Shown piece by piece: positions 52,588-64,000 of a stretch of 64,000 nt of DNA. The stretch lies in the NCBI RefSeq assembly GCF_009914755.1, contig NC_060942.1. One strand, 5' to 3'. Numbering within the stretch: position 1 is the first letter of the stretch; each line of letters begins with the position of its first letter. Source of the DNA: the human T2T-CHM13v2.0 reference genome, Homo sapiens. The position numbers and the translations under genes are program-made. Below the pieces are notes generated by a model that was given only the letters and a program-made list of their open reading frames with translations, did no database searches and had not been told where the DNA came from.

Positions 52588-54599
52588 AAAGTTTATTTTG
52601 AACCATAGGCTCTAACGTGTGAAATAATTTCTTGGATGTAGGCTTCTCTGGGTAAGTTACTAGTCCCTCAGAACTACAGACTCATTAGCTGTGTAGTCAT
52701 TTTCTCTAACTTAAGAACTAAAAATGTAAGTTTAATATCTTACAGTATAGTATATTCATTCCAAAAAATATAATACCTTCACTGTGTCAGATACCTCCTA
52801 AGTGCTGGGCATGCAAAGATGATACAGCAGGGTGCTTGCCCTCAAGGAGGTCAGGGTCAGGTGGCAGAGAGAAATAAGTGAAGATAAACTGCAGTGCCTC
52901 CTGAGAAGTGTTTTCATAGAGTTATGGTTAGCAAGCTGTGGGCACACAGATGGGGAAAACCAATATGATTGGTCTTGGGAAACAAGTAGGTTTCCCAGAG
53001 GTATGCTGTCATTAATCACTGCTATACTCCCTTTTAACTCATGCAGGAATATGTCTTGAACAACCAGGGACCATGATTTTAATTGATTTATTATTAGCCT
53101 TTCACTTCTTGGAGTTCAAGAATATCTCTTGAATATGGATATCTAAGTATCTGTATTGTACTATCTATTGGATATCTCTTTTGCATGTCTGAGCAAATTC
53201 TAGAGATATGGTGAGTTTAAGAACTTAAAAATAAGTTCAGAGATAGGACCTGTCTTTGTAACAGGAATCAGAATAATTAGAAGGTGGAATTTGAATTAGG
53301 TCTTCAAAAATGGATGGAAGTTGGGGAGAATAATGGTGATGACTACCCTAACTAGGGGAGAGGGTTTAGAGAGAAACAGCATTGCCCAGGCAGGTCTGGG
53401 TCAATTGCTTTATGTTTAAAGCGATAGACAATTTGGGGGGCAATTATGGTTTTTTCAGCAGAGGTGGGTTATAAAGGAACATTAAACTGGTAAATAAATT
53501 GCTCAGAGTAGGGGGAGAAATTGGAGAATATCTAGGAGGCATTGGTGGGTTGCACAAAGTAAGTGATGGGTTGGGGCCTAGACTAGGGAGGTAGAAATGA
53601 GAAGGAAAATGAAGAAAATCAAAGACAGCCTGTTGAAGAAATGTTTGAAAGAAATTGGTAACAAATGAATACAGGGAATAAAGATTAGAAGGAGTTGTAC
53701 CTGACTTTATTCATTCATTTATTCCAACAAATACTGTTTGATCAGCTGTCAGGTGTCATGTATGGATGGGTACAAAGTTCTGGAGACCCAACTGTGAACA
53801 AGACCATTGCTCCCAATTAGCCTGCTCCTTTCTCCCAAAGAACTGGTTGGCTCTGTTCTCCCCTTTTCCATGACATTGTCTCTTTCTGTACTATCACCTA
53901 CATTTAGCATGACCACTTCTGTAGGGGTGCTTGAACTGTTTTGAAGGTGCCACATGTGAAGTCTTGAAATGGGGCAAGGAAAAGAAGATGAGATTATGAA
54001 TCTATTCCTCTTTCCTGGGGTGCAAATACGCCCATTATAGATCTGCACATGTAGAGTAATTTCATATTCCAGAACTGTGGAGTTCTGGAGTATCACATCC
54101 CCCTCTTTTCACCATCAAATTGTATTTTAATAAGGAATCTGAGAATCTGGGAAAGAGGGCCAATATGGTGATCTGAAACAGGGCAGATTTGGTCATTCAG
54201 CAGACTGGGGCCCTGTCCTTACCTCTCAAAGAAGCATAGAGAGGAAGCTATTGCTTATGAAAAGGCACAGGACGAGGAAATAGCTCAAGGGGCCAATGAC
54301 AGGGTGGGGAACAGGGACTCAAAGAAGTCCATGGGTAGCAGGACAGTGTGTCAGTGTCTTCAGAATATATCTACAATGCATGCTGTCTAACCACAGTCCC
54401 CAATTTGTTGAGCCCATCAACATGTCTCCCCTGGACTATGCTGTTAGCCTTCTGGGGTCTCCCAGTTGCCACTCTGGCTCTCTCCAAGTTCCTTTCTTCA
54501 TCTTGTAGGCCTTGCACCATCTGCTTCTTTCCTACCACCTCTACAACCTTGCCTTGCTGTCTGTTTCCCTTCCTTTCTACCCTCCATCTACTCTGGTCT

Positions 54600-54965
54600 T
54601 ATGTTCATTTCTGGTCCTTTTTGGCCTCTTGTCTTTTGCACATGCTGTTATCTTCTCTCTCCAATTTTGCAGGTCTGGTTCTTTCATATTTTTCAAGTCT
54701 CACTTTAATATTAAGACGTCAGGAGTTCTTCCCTGGTCACCCCATCTCTTCTTGTGATTCTTGATCTCAGCCTATTGTTTCTTTCATAGCACTTACCACA
54801 AACTTGCAATTATTTTATTTGCAGGTCTGGTTACTTTTTTGCTTGTTTCCTATTCTATAATGTAAGCTCCTTGAGGCCAGGGACTACATTCATTTTGTTT
54901 ATTGTATCCTAAGGACCCAGCTCAGTGATACTGAGACCACTATCAATTATTCCATAAATATATGT
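54600..54965 (+). mobile_element. L2 3' fragment
   Basis: ttcatagcacttacca...tgtaagctccttgagg.caggg. Confidence 0.7.
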
Positions 54966-56045
54966 ATTGAACACCTAGAGTGTTCAATATATATATTGAT
55001 CTCAGTGGGTGAAGCCTTGCACTAGCCTCCAACATATTGAGGGCAGCTGCTCCTGGCCCTGGTTTGCTCATGAAAGAAAGGGTACATGGGTTAAAAATCT
55101 TTAGATGGATGATATTAGGGCCTGAGTTTGACTGCTGATGAATTCTGGGCCATATCAAATGCTTTGTTTGTGATAGCAGCCCTTTTCATATTCGTTCCCA
55201 ACTGATTTTCCAAAATGTTTAAGCACCTCAATAACAGGAATTACACCAGAATTCTGTTTTTTTTTTTTTTTGTATTTTACACATCTATACCATCATAGTT
55301 CTGTATTAGGAATACAGTGTGCTCCAAATTATGGGAATTGAGGGGAAGGACTGAGAGTTAATTCTAGATAACTTACAAGATCATGATTTGCAATTTTCCT
55401 GATGATTAACCACATTATACTTGTCCTTTTAGTTTGAATTTACCCAAATTTCTACCATTTTTCCACTAAACTATTTACTCAAATAGTTTTTTTGGGGCAC
55501 AGCTGTGGTAAATATATGCACTTTCTTTTAATTACTTTGTGCAGTGTGTGTAGCAAGGAAGCCTTGGGTAGGCTGGACAGCACAAGTGCAGGCTGAAATT
55601 GAGAGCCCAGGCACTGGAGAAGAACCCAAGACACAAGCTTGGGGTGTGTCTGGGGATGACAAGAGAGGCTGGATACAAGTTTCCTTGGCAAAAGGTCAGA
55701 GGGAGTCCAGCATTCATGACATCTGTCCAAATAAGGAAGAGGCAGGTGATTACTGGTGGTAAGGAACATATCCATGCTTTGGAGGGACTTGGGTACCAGG
55801 TCATGTACAACTCAGGAAAGAAGGCAGGAGCTCAGCTGCTGGGGGCCTGAAGGGTAAAGCAAGGGCTGATTCAGAAGGTAACAGGGCAATCTTCCAGTGA
55901 CTGAGGTCACGCAGTCAGTTGAGGATCAGGGGGACTCAGGAGCCACATAGTTCATTTCTGTGAGTTATAGCCATTTAAATATGAGAAAAAATTACCTCTT
56001 CCCTTGAGCTAGTAAAATTCCAATAAATTAAAATATATAATTATA

Positions 56046-56359
<314 letters not shown>

Positions 56360-56375
<16 letters not shown>

Positions 56376-56570
56376 TACACACACAATTATATCATATATA
56401 CAAATATACATATATCATATATAATTATATCTATATATATATACACAATTATATAATCACTAGGACCACAAAAATAATATAATTGTGTACATATATACAA
56501 TTATATATATAATATACAATTTTTTATATATATACACACACACAATTATATTATTTTTGTGGTCCTAGTG
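56360..56570. repeat. (TA)n/(CA)n low-complexity tract containing a perfect 31-bp inverted repeat
   Basis: Arms at 56458-56488 and 56540-56570. Confidence 0.92.
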
Positions 56571-57896
56571 GTTATGATTCTGCTAATGATAATGTTTGTC
56601 TCTTGCTTATGGATAGCCTTAGCCTGGTGGAGATGACAATATTCTCTGGCCTATGCAAGAAAAGAGGAGGGAATCCCACTTAACGAAAACTTAAGTCATT
56701 CTCAAATTTATTCAAATCATACTTGAAAAGGCGGAATGAAATTTAGGGGGATATGTTTTAACTATATAAGCCTTTGCTAATAAAAGATTAAGAAGTATGT
56801 GGCTTAGCATCTTTTAATTATTTTTTTCTAGCAACTTGAATATACAATGTTTGAAATCTCTGGTTGGATCAACATTATTTTGCTCAGAGGTTTGTGGACT
56901 TTGCATACTGATTCTTTCCTGTTTCCAAGTACATTTGCTTTTAGGCTATTTTTATTCACTTTAAAGGAATTTTAATAACTTTCTGTTGACAGCATGGACA
57001 GCTGGTCTTGAGAATTAAAGAAAATTCACTTGCTGACTGAGGAAGGAAGTGACATCAATGAGCTTCTAAAGTCAGCCCAGCGGGGGAAATTGGCTGGTGA
57101 GAGAGTAGCCTTTCATTGCACTGTATTTATCGAGCGATGCCTTGAGATGCAAATTGCTGTATCAATCAAACCTGTGGTGCCTACCTCCAACCAACCCAGT
57201 GCAAACTGAAGGAACAATGCCCTGAAACACTGAGAATAAAAAGGATGAGGGGTGCAGGAGCCCAGAGGCTAAGTGAATTACGGAGCTCAGAATGCTCTCT
57301 CACCAAGCCTATACTTCATTCTCTGTCAAACCTCAGTTTCTTTGTCTAGAAAATGAGTTTTATGGAAACTGTTGGTTGAAGTCAGTCTGTTTCTTTGACA
57401 GATGGCTAAGAGGACCAGGTACTAATATAGATAGTGTAGACATGCTATCTCAGTACGTTTGTCCCAAAGAGAGCTATCAATTGCTTTTTATCCCCTACTG
57501 AGAGCTATTTAGAAATAGGAATTTTTAGCTGTCATACTTAGCTACTACCTTGATCCTTTGTTTTAAAACCCTGTATTCATTGTTTATAACTACACTGCAA
57601 AAAAAAAAAAAATAGCCAAGCATCAGATCTGGACTTTAATAACGACAATAGCAATCACAATCATCATCGTCATAATAAATGACAATTTTCACCACTATCA
57701 GAGAATCTTCTTCTGGAGTTGTAGTTACCTATTTTGCAAAGATAGCTGTGGTGTGAGTAGATTGTGTGTGTATGTGTGGGTTATGTTGGGTGAACAGGCA
57801 GGTATGTATGCATATACTCACACCTGTGCAAAAGAAAGGTAGAAAAGTGCCTAGGTACATTTTATGTTTATGACATGAAAAATTACATTCTACTTA

Positions 57897-58213
<317 letters not shown>

Positions 58214-58414
58214 ATTCTCAGACATTTCTAGTCTTGACTTTGCCAGGCTATATGATATTTGGCAAATTACTTCACTTCCCTGGCTTTTGTTTTGTCTTTA
58301 TTGCATAACAGGGATATAAATACTAAATTTGCTTATAGTTGTTTACGTTCTTTGACTCTTAAAAGAATGAGGAGTAATGAAAATTCCCATAGGATTGGCA
58401 CAGATAAAAAAGAA

Positions 58415-59522
58415 AGGAAGCCTAGGAAACACGATTCTAGACATCAGCTCTGGGAAGGAATTAATGACTAAGCCCTCAAAAGTAACTGCAAAAAAAAAAA
58501 ACAAAAAGAAAAATTGACAAGTGGGACCTAGTTAAACTAAAGAGCTTCAAGAAACCATCAACAAAGTAAGCAGATGACCTACAGAACAGGAGAAAATATT
58601 TGCAAACTGTGCATTCAAAAGGGTTAATATCCAGAATCTATAAGGAACTTAAACAATTGAACAAGCAAAAACAAACAACCTCATTAAAAAATGGACAAAA
58701 GATGTGAACAGACACTTCTCAAAGGAAGCTGTCAGCAAACACAAGAAAAAATGCTCAACGTTACTAATTATCAGAGAAATGCATATCAAAACCACAATGA
58801 GATAGCATCTCATGCCAGTTAGAATGGCTATTACTAAAAGTCGAAACAGCACATGCTGGCGAGGCCATGGAGGAAAGGGAATGCTTATACACTGTTGGTG
58901 GGAATGTAAATTAGTTCAGCCACTGTGGAAAGCAGTTTGAAGATTTCTCAAAAAACTTAAAATGGAAGTTCCATTCAACCCAGCAATCCCATTACAGGGT
59001 ATATATACAAAAGAAAGAAATTGTTCTACCAAAAAGACATATGCACTCATATGTTCATTGCAGCACTATTCACAATAGCAAGACATGAAATCAACCTAGG
59101 TGCCCATCAATAGTGGATTGGATAAAGAAAATGTGGTACATATACACCATGGACTACTATGCAGCCATGAAAAAATGAAACCATGTCCTTTGTAGGAACA
59201 CAGATGCAGCTAGAGGCCATTATCCTAAGCAAATTAATATCCAGGAACATAAACCAAATTCTACATGTTCTCACTTATAAGTGGGAGCTAAACATTGGGT
59301 ACACATGAACATAAAGATGGAAACAATCGACACTGAAGACCACTAGAGGGAGGAGTGATGGAGGTGGGGAAGGGTTGAAAAACTAACTATTGGGTACTGT
59401 GCTCAGTATCTGGGTGATGGGATCAATGGTATCCCAAACTTCAGCATCACACAAGATACCCAGGTAACAAACCTGCACATGTATCCCCTGAATCTAAAAT
59501 AAAAGTTGAAATCATATTAAAA
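58415..59522 (+). mobile_element. L1 (L1PB/L1MA-type) ORF2 end and 3' UTR
   Basis: aaaattgacaagtgggacct...aaccacaatgagata...ctgaatctaaaataaaagttgaaa. Confidence 0.9.
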
Positions 59523-60604
59523 ACAGAAAGAAAGGATTCATGTTTGGTGTGGGAACCTGGGAAGACTTCATGGAAGAGACAGCGTTTGATCTGGATAGGA
59601 CATTAACAGAAGCAGATTAGGGGAACAGTATTTTACCTGGAAGGAAAAGCATGAGCAAAAGCACATCAGGGAATGTCTAAGGAACAGTAAATGGTTGCAC
59701 TGAACTTAAAGGTGGTCTGTATATTGGCAAAGTAATAAGAGACAAAGCAAAAATTGTATGATGGGCCAGTATCACGGAGGACTCTAGATACTTAAAGAAA
59801 TATTTTTTGACATAATATTTGTTGAGGGAGTCCTTGAATAATTTTGAGTCAAAGATTGATCCAAATGGTACCCTAGGAAGATTAACCTTGAGGATGGGGG
59901 ATCCTGGCAAAGAGATGGAAAAGTGTAGATGAATGTAGGGCACATTGTATGAGTAAAATGGATTTGAAGATTCAGATGAGGGGTTAGGATGGGGAAAAAA
60001 GGAATAAAAGAGGAGCAAGATTTTAAGCTTGGTTACTTGGGAGAAGATGCTATTAATGCAAAGGTAAAAATAAGGAAATAGGTCCAATTTAAAGAAGTAA
60101 GTTTGGTGAGCAACAGAGGAGGTGGGATGATAAGCTCGGTTTAGCATTTATTTGGTTTAAAATACCAGTAAAACATCCCACAGGAGGCAGAAATAGATAT
60201 CAGGAAAATACCAGGCAGTCTTCTGCAGAGAGATGATGGGGAGAAGAGAGCGTAGAAGACTCTCGAGTTGAAGGGAAATAAATATCAAGATTTGAACTTT
60301 GGAAAATGGTTGTATTTTATTTATATTTGAATAATTTGATGTTTCAAATTATTCAACTTAGATAGTGGAATGCAAATTTTACATCATCCATAGTGAATAA
60401 GAAGAGACTCCTTCTCTAAGCTACCACAAGGATTTATTCTCAGGAACTAGCAAATTTGAAGTTTGGTGTAAGAGCTTAAGTTCTCACTGGTTGTGGAGTT
60501 AAAAGACAATTGCAAGTTTTAGCAGAAGAAAATTAGGCTGATTTCCTTATTTATTAAGCTGAGGCTAAGGAATGTTTAGAATTTATCGGAGAACAACAGA
60601 ATTG

Positions 60605-60730
60605 TTTATGCCTAGCATTCCATTATTGGAACGCTAAGCATATGGGAGTTATTTATATCCTACTGCTCAAGGTCATTGCCAAGGTCTGATTGCAAAAATT
60701 CAAAAAATTGCAACCTCCAGCATAAATGGG
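60605..60730 (+). mobile_element. MER85 (piggyBac/PGBD3-derived MITE), left end clipped
   Basis: tttatgcctag..ttccattattggaacgctaagc...gcataaatggg followed by TTAA at 60731-60734; matches recalled MER85 consensus. Confidence 0.9.
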
Positions 60731-60741
60731 TTAAGGGCAGA

Positions 60742-60862
60742 GCCCAGGCAGGAGTTAGTGGTGCGATCAGGGCTCACTCTAAACTCTGACTCCTGGGCTT
60801 CAGCAATTCTGCCATATCCTTTCGAGTAGCTGGGATTACAGGCATGAACCACTATGCCAGGA
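60742..60862 (-). mobile_element. Old Alu monomer fragment
   Basis: gcccaggc.ggag...gagtagctgggattacaggcatgaaccac. Confidence 0.7.
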
Positions 60863-61460
60863 CTTCTTTCTTCTAATGGAGTATTCTCTTCCTTCTAGTA
60901 ATAATAATTTTTGCCCATCATATGTTTTATGAATATTTGTCCTAATTTGTCACTCACCTTTACTTGTGTACAATGTTTAGGGAATAAAAGAATATTATAG
61001 CAATGGCTAGTATTCAGTAAGCGCTTACAACATACCAGCAACATCGATACATTCTTCACTCAGTTCTCCCAGCACTTCTGTGGGATAAGGCTATTGCAGA
61101 TGATGAAGAATGAGGCATACAGATACTAACGTGCCTGGAATTGCAGCTGGGAGGTGATGAACTCAAGCCTCACTTCTGAGCCTACATCATTTCCTTTCTG
61201 GTTTCTGCTTTCAGTGTCCAGCTTGGAAAGGCACAACTCCGTGCAGCAATTAAAAATAATAAGGTCATATCTGTATGTAAGGCTAGAGAACAATACCTCC
61301 ATTGTATTTTTAGAACAATGTGTATAACTAATATGTTTTTTAAAGTACATATGATTATATGTAAAGAAGTCAGAGGAGATATACTTTAGCACTTTGTTAC
61401 ACGTTAAGGCCGGGTGGGAAAGGAGTAAGAGTTACTTTTAATTTAAGCACATCTGTTTCC

Positions 61461-61758
61461 TTTTTTTTTTTTGCCCTTGTGACAGCAACTGGCTCCATTG
61501 CCCAGGCTGGAGTGCAATGGTGCAATCATAGCTCACTGCAGCCTCGAACTCTTGGGCTCAGACAATCCCTCCAATTCAGCCTCCAAGTAGCTGGGACTAG
61601 AGGCATGCGTCACTGCACCCAGTTAATTTTTTTAATGTGTAGAGATGAAGGTCTTGCTTTATTGTTCAGGCTGTTCCCAAACTCCTGGGCTCAATCGATC
61701 CTCTTGCCTTGGCCTCCCAAAGTGTTGGAATTGCAGGTGAAAGCCACTGGGCCTGACC
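61461..61758 (-). mobile_element. AluJ
   Basis: atcatagctcactgcagcctcgaactc.tgggctca diagnostic stretch. Confidence 0.9.
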
Positions 61759-62323
61759 TGCTTTTGCTTTTCAAAACTTTTTTATTAGGAAAAGGTACTG
61801 CATCAATTTAAAGAGAACAATGTTTCTGTTTTGGATAAGAAACATGGGTGAGGCTTTGAATATGCTTTTCTTTTTTGCACATTAGGACAGGCGTTCCTTC
61901 ATTCATCCACTTGTTCAACCATTCATACCTGGTTTGAAAGTCTAGTTTGTGTTGGTCTTGGGCTGGCTACTGGAAATACAAAGGCGAAAGGGTATAATCA
62001 GTCCCTCCTCTCAGTCTGGCAGGGAGACACACAGGACAGATTCGGAGTGAGAGTTGCCATAGGAATAAGGCAAAGTCCAGTCTCCATTCAGATGAAGAGG
62101 GCCAAAGTTGGCCTGGGGGTGTCAGGAAAAACTGCCAAAAGGCTCCAGCTTTTAAACTGAGACACAGCTTACAGAATTTTCCCTTTCTAGTTCCCATAAC
62201 TGTTCACACCCACTGACTCTTCCAGCCTGGGGTGTTAATGACTCTCCTGTTACTAACCTGGGGTTACTATACTATCTTCCGTGGTCTGCTGCTCCCTCTA
62301 CTCCTATCCCAAATTATAGTCTC

Positions 62324-62620
62324 CTTTTTTTTTTTTTTTGAGACCAAGTCTGGCTCTGTCGCCCAGGCTGGGGTGCAGTGGCGCGATCTCAGCACACTGC
62401 AACCTCTGCCTCCTGGGTTCAAGTGATTCTCCTGCCTCAGCCTCCTAAGTAACTAGGACTACAGGCATCTGCCACCATGCCCGGCTAGTTTTTGTATTTT
62501 TAGTAGAGATGGAGTTTTGTCCTGCTGGCCAGGCTGGTCTTGAACTCCTGCCCTAAAGTGATCCACCCACCTCAGCTTCCCAAGGTGCTGGGATTACAGG
62601 TGTGAGCCACTGCGCTCAGC
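62324..62620 (-). mobile_element. AluS
   Basis: Full dimer; TSD att(a/g)tagtctc. Confidence 0.94.
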
Positions 62621-63689
62621 ATTGTAGTCTCTTTCTATATAATCTTTTTTTAACTTATCTCAATCTGAATGTGGCCTCTGTTTCCTTTGGGACATTTACT
62701 GATAGTTGGTGCCTTTCACCTGGGGACAGGTGCAGCTGCTGGGAGCTGGTAGAGTAAAGGCTGGTGGCATCACCATCGCCTGGGGTAGTTTGCTTATCAC
62801 CTGGGTATTGAGATCCAAGGCCACTTCAGGCAGTATCTCCGCAGGTGTCTGGTATAAATGGGGAGAAAACTGGCAGGTGGTAGGTGATAGATGGTAGATG
62901 GTGTGTTTATGAGTCAGGTGGAACAAACTCAAGACCTCTAGAAATCATTCGTGAGATGGGATGAAGCCAGAGAAACAGTTTTGTAAAAGTTTTTTTGTGT
63001 ATTTGAAACTTTAAAGCTGACATTTTCTGAGGAACACCCATTACTTCGATGAGAAAATTGAGGGTTCAGTAAGTTATTAATTCACCCATTTAGTCATTCG
63101 TTCAGAAAATACTGAGGGCATATTATGTACCGGGCACTGTATTGGGCATAGAGTGAATGAAACAAACAAAAACACTCATGGGGTCATATGTGAACCCAAG
63201 TCAGTCTGCCTCTCAACATAGAGTTCTTTCCACTGTCTCAAACTGTCTTCTATTAAACATTTGATAAATCTCATTTTTCCAAAACTTGACATGAAGGACT
63301 CACTCCTCTGCCATTTCCTGGAACCATGGGCTGCTTTTGCACCTTTTCTTCTAGATGTGCACTTTCCGCTAAGCTTGGCAGGATCTCCAAACTCCTAAAC
63401 TCTGTGTCCTGGTAAGTCATCACCAGGACTAAACAAACATTAATGTTGGTGCTTATTACTGAGCCGTTGGGTCTATTTTTAAGAACACAAAGAATGAAAA
63501 GATTAGCTGCCTACAAGCTCCCCCATCTGTTCAAATGGAAAAACTTCACAGAGCCCTAGGGTGCTGGGCAGCGCAGATTCCAGCTTCTGTTTTTAAGGAG
63601 TATTAAAAAAAAAAAAAAAAGGAAACAATTATTTCAGTGTCTCTACAAATGAAAACATCTATTTCAACTCAAAGAATATTTTGTAAAAG

Positions 63690-63955
63690 TAGAATGTAGT
63701 GAGTAAGATCACAAACTTGGGTGTCAGTGAGACTGGGTTCCAGGACTAATTCTTCATTTTAGTAGCCATGTGACTTCAGGCAATTCAATTTCCTTAGCAT
63801 CCGTAAACCTTGATTTAGCCTTCTAAAATGGAGATTATCAGAGACAATCCCTACCTCTTGAGGTTTTCATGAGGACTAAACGATATCATGCACGTTTCAT
63901 ACTTAGAGTAGTGCAGGTCACATAGTAAGTGCTCAATAAATATAGTCACTACTGT
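63690..63955 (+). mobile_element. MIR
   Basis: gactgggttc...tgtgacttcaggcaa...aaaatggagat...catagtaagtgctcaataaat. Confidence 0.8.
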
Positions 63956-64000
63956 TATATGCATTATCTCTTTCACTTAACACAACCTTAAGAAGGAAAG

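Noticed and set aside
52065-52606. Functional V-ATPase E retrogene (ATP6V1E2-like)
   Set aside because: The 5' half is missing, with an in-frame stop, frameshifts and a deleted terminus.

Overview
Primate (almost certainly human) genomic DNA, AT-rich and repeat-dense; no prokaryotic features. The window holds the 3' part of CHST9 (GalNAc-4-O-sulfotransferase 2) on the minus strand: a 38-nt coding micro-exon (44361-44398), a 27-kb intron, the large terminal exon encoding the whole catalytic domain (CDS 16300-17391) and its 3' UTR. A plus-strand antisense lncRNA (from recall, AQP4-AS1/CHST9-AS1) probably overlaps it. CHST9 introns carry a 5'-truncated ATP6V1E1 processed pseudogene, a HERV-K(HML-2) solo LTR, a twin-primed inverted L1PA, a MER85 piggyBac MITE, a THE1 solo LTR, MLT1 LTRs and many Alu/L1/L2/MIR copies; a full-length THE1 lies downstream of the CDS. 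The most striking observation is that the HERV-K solo LTR plus its CACAGG target duplication forms a GT-AG intron on the plus strand whose removal would exactly restore the pre-insertion sequence. Several template-switch scars and a dense E-box cluster are also visible. Gene and repeat names come from recognition of sequence, not from a database search.
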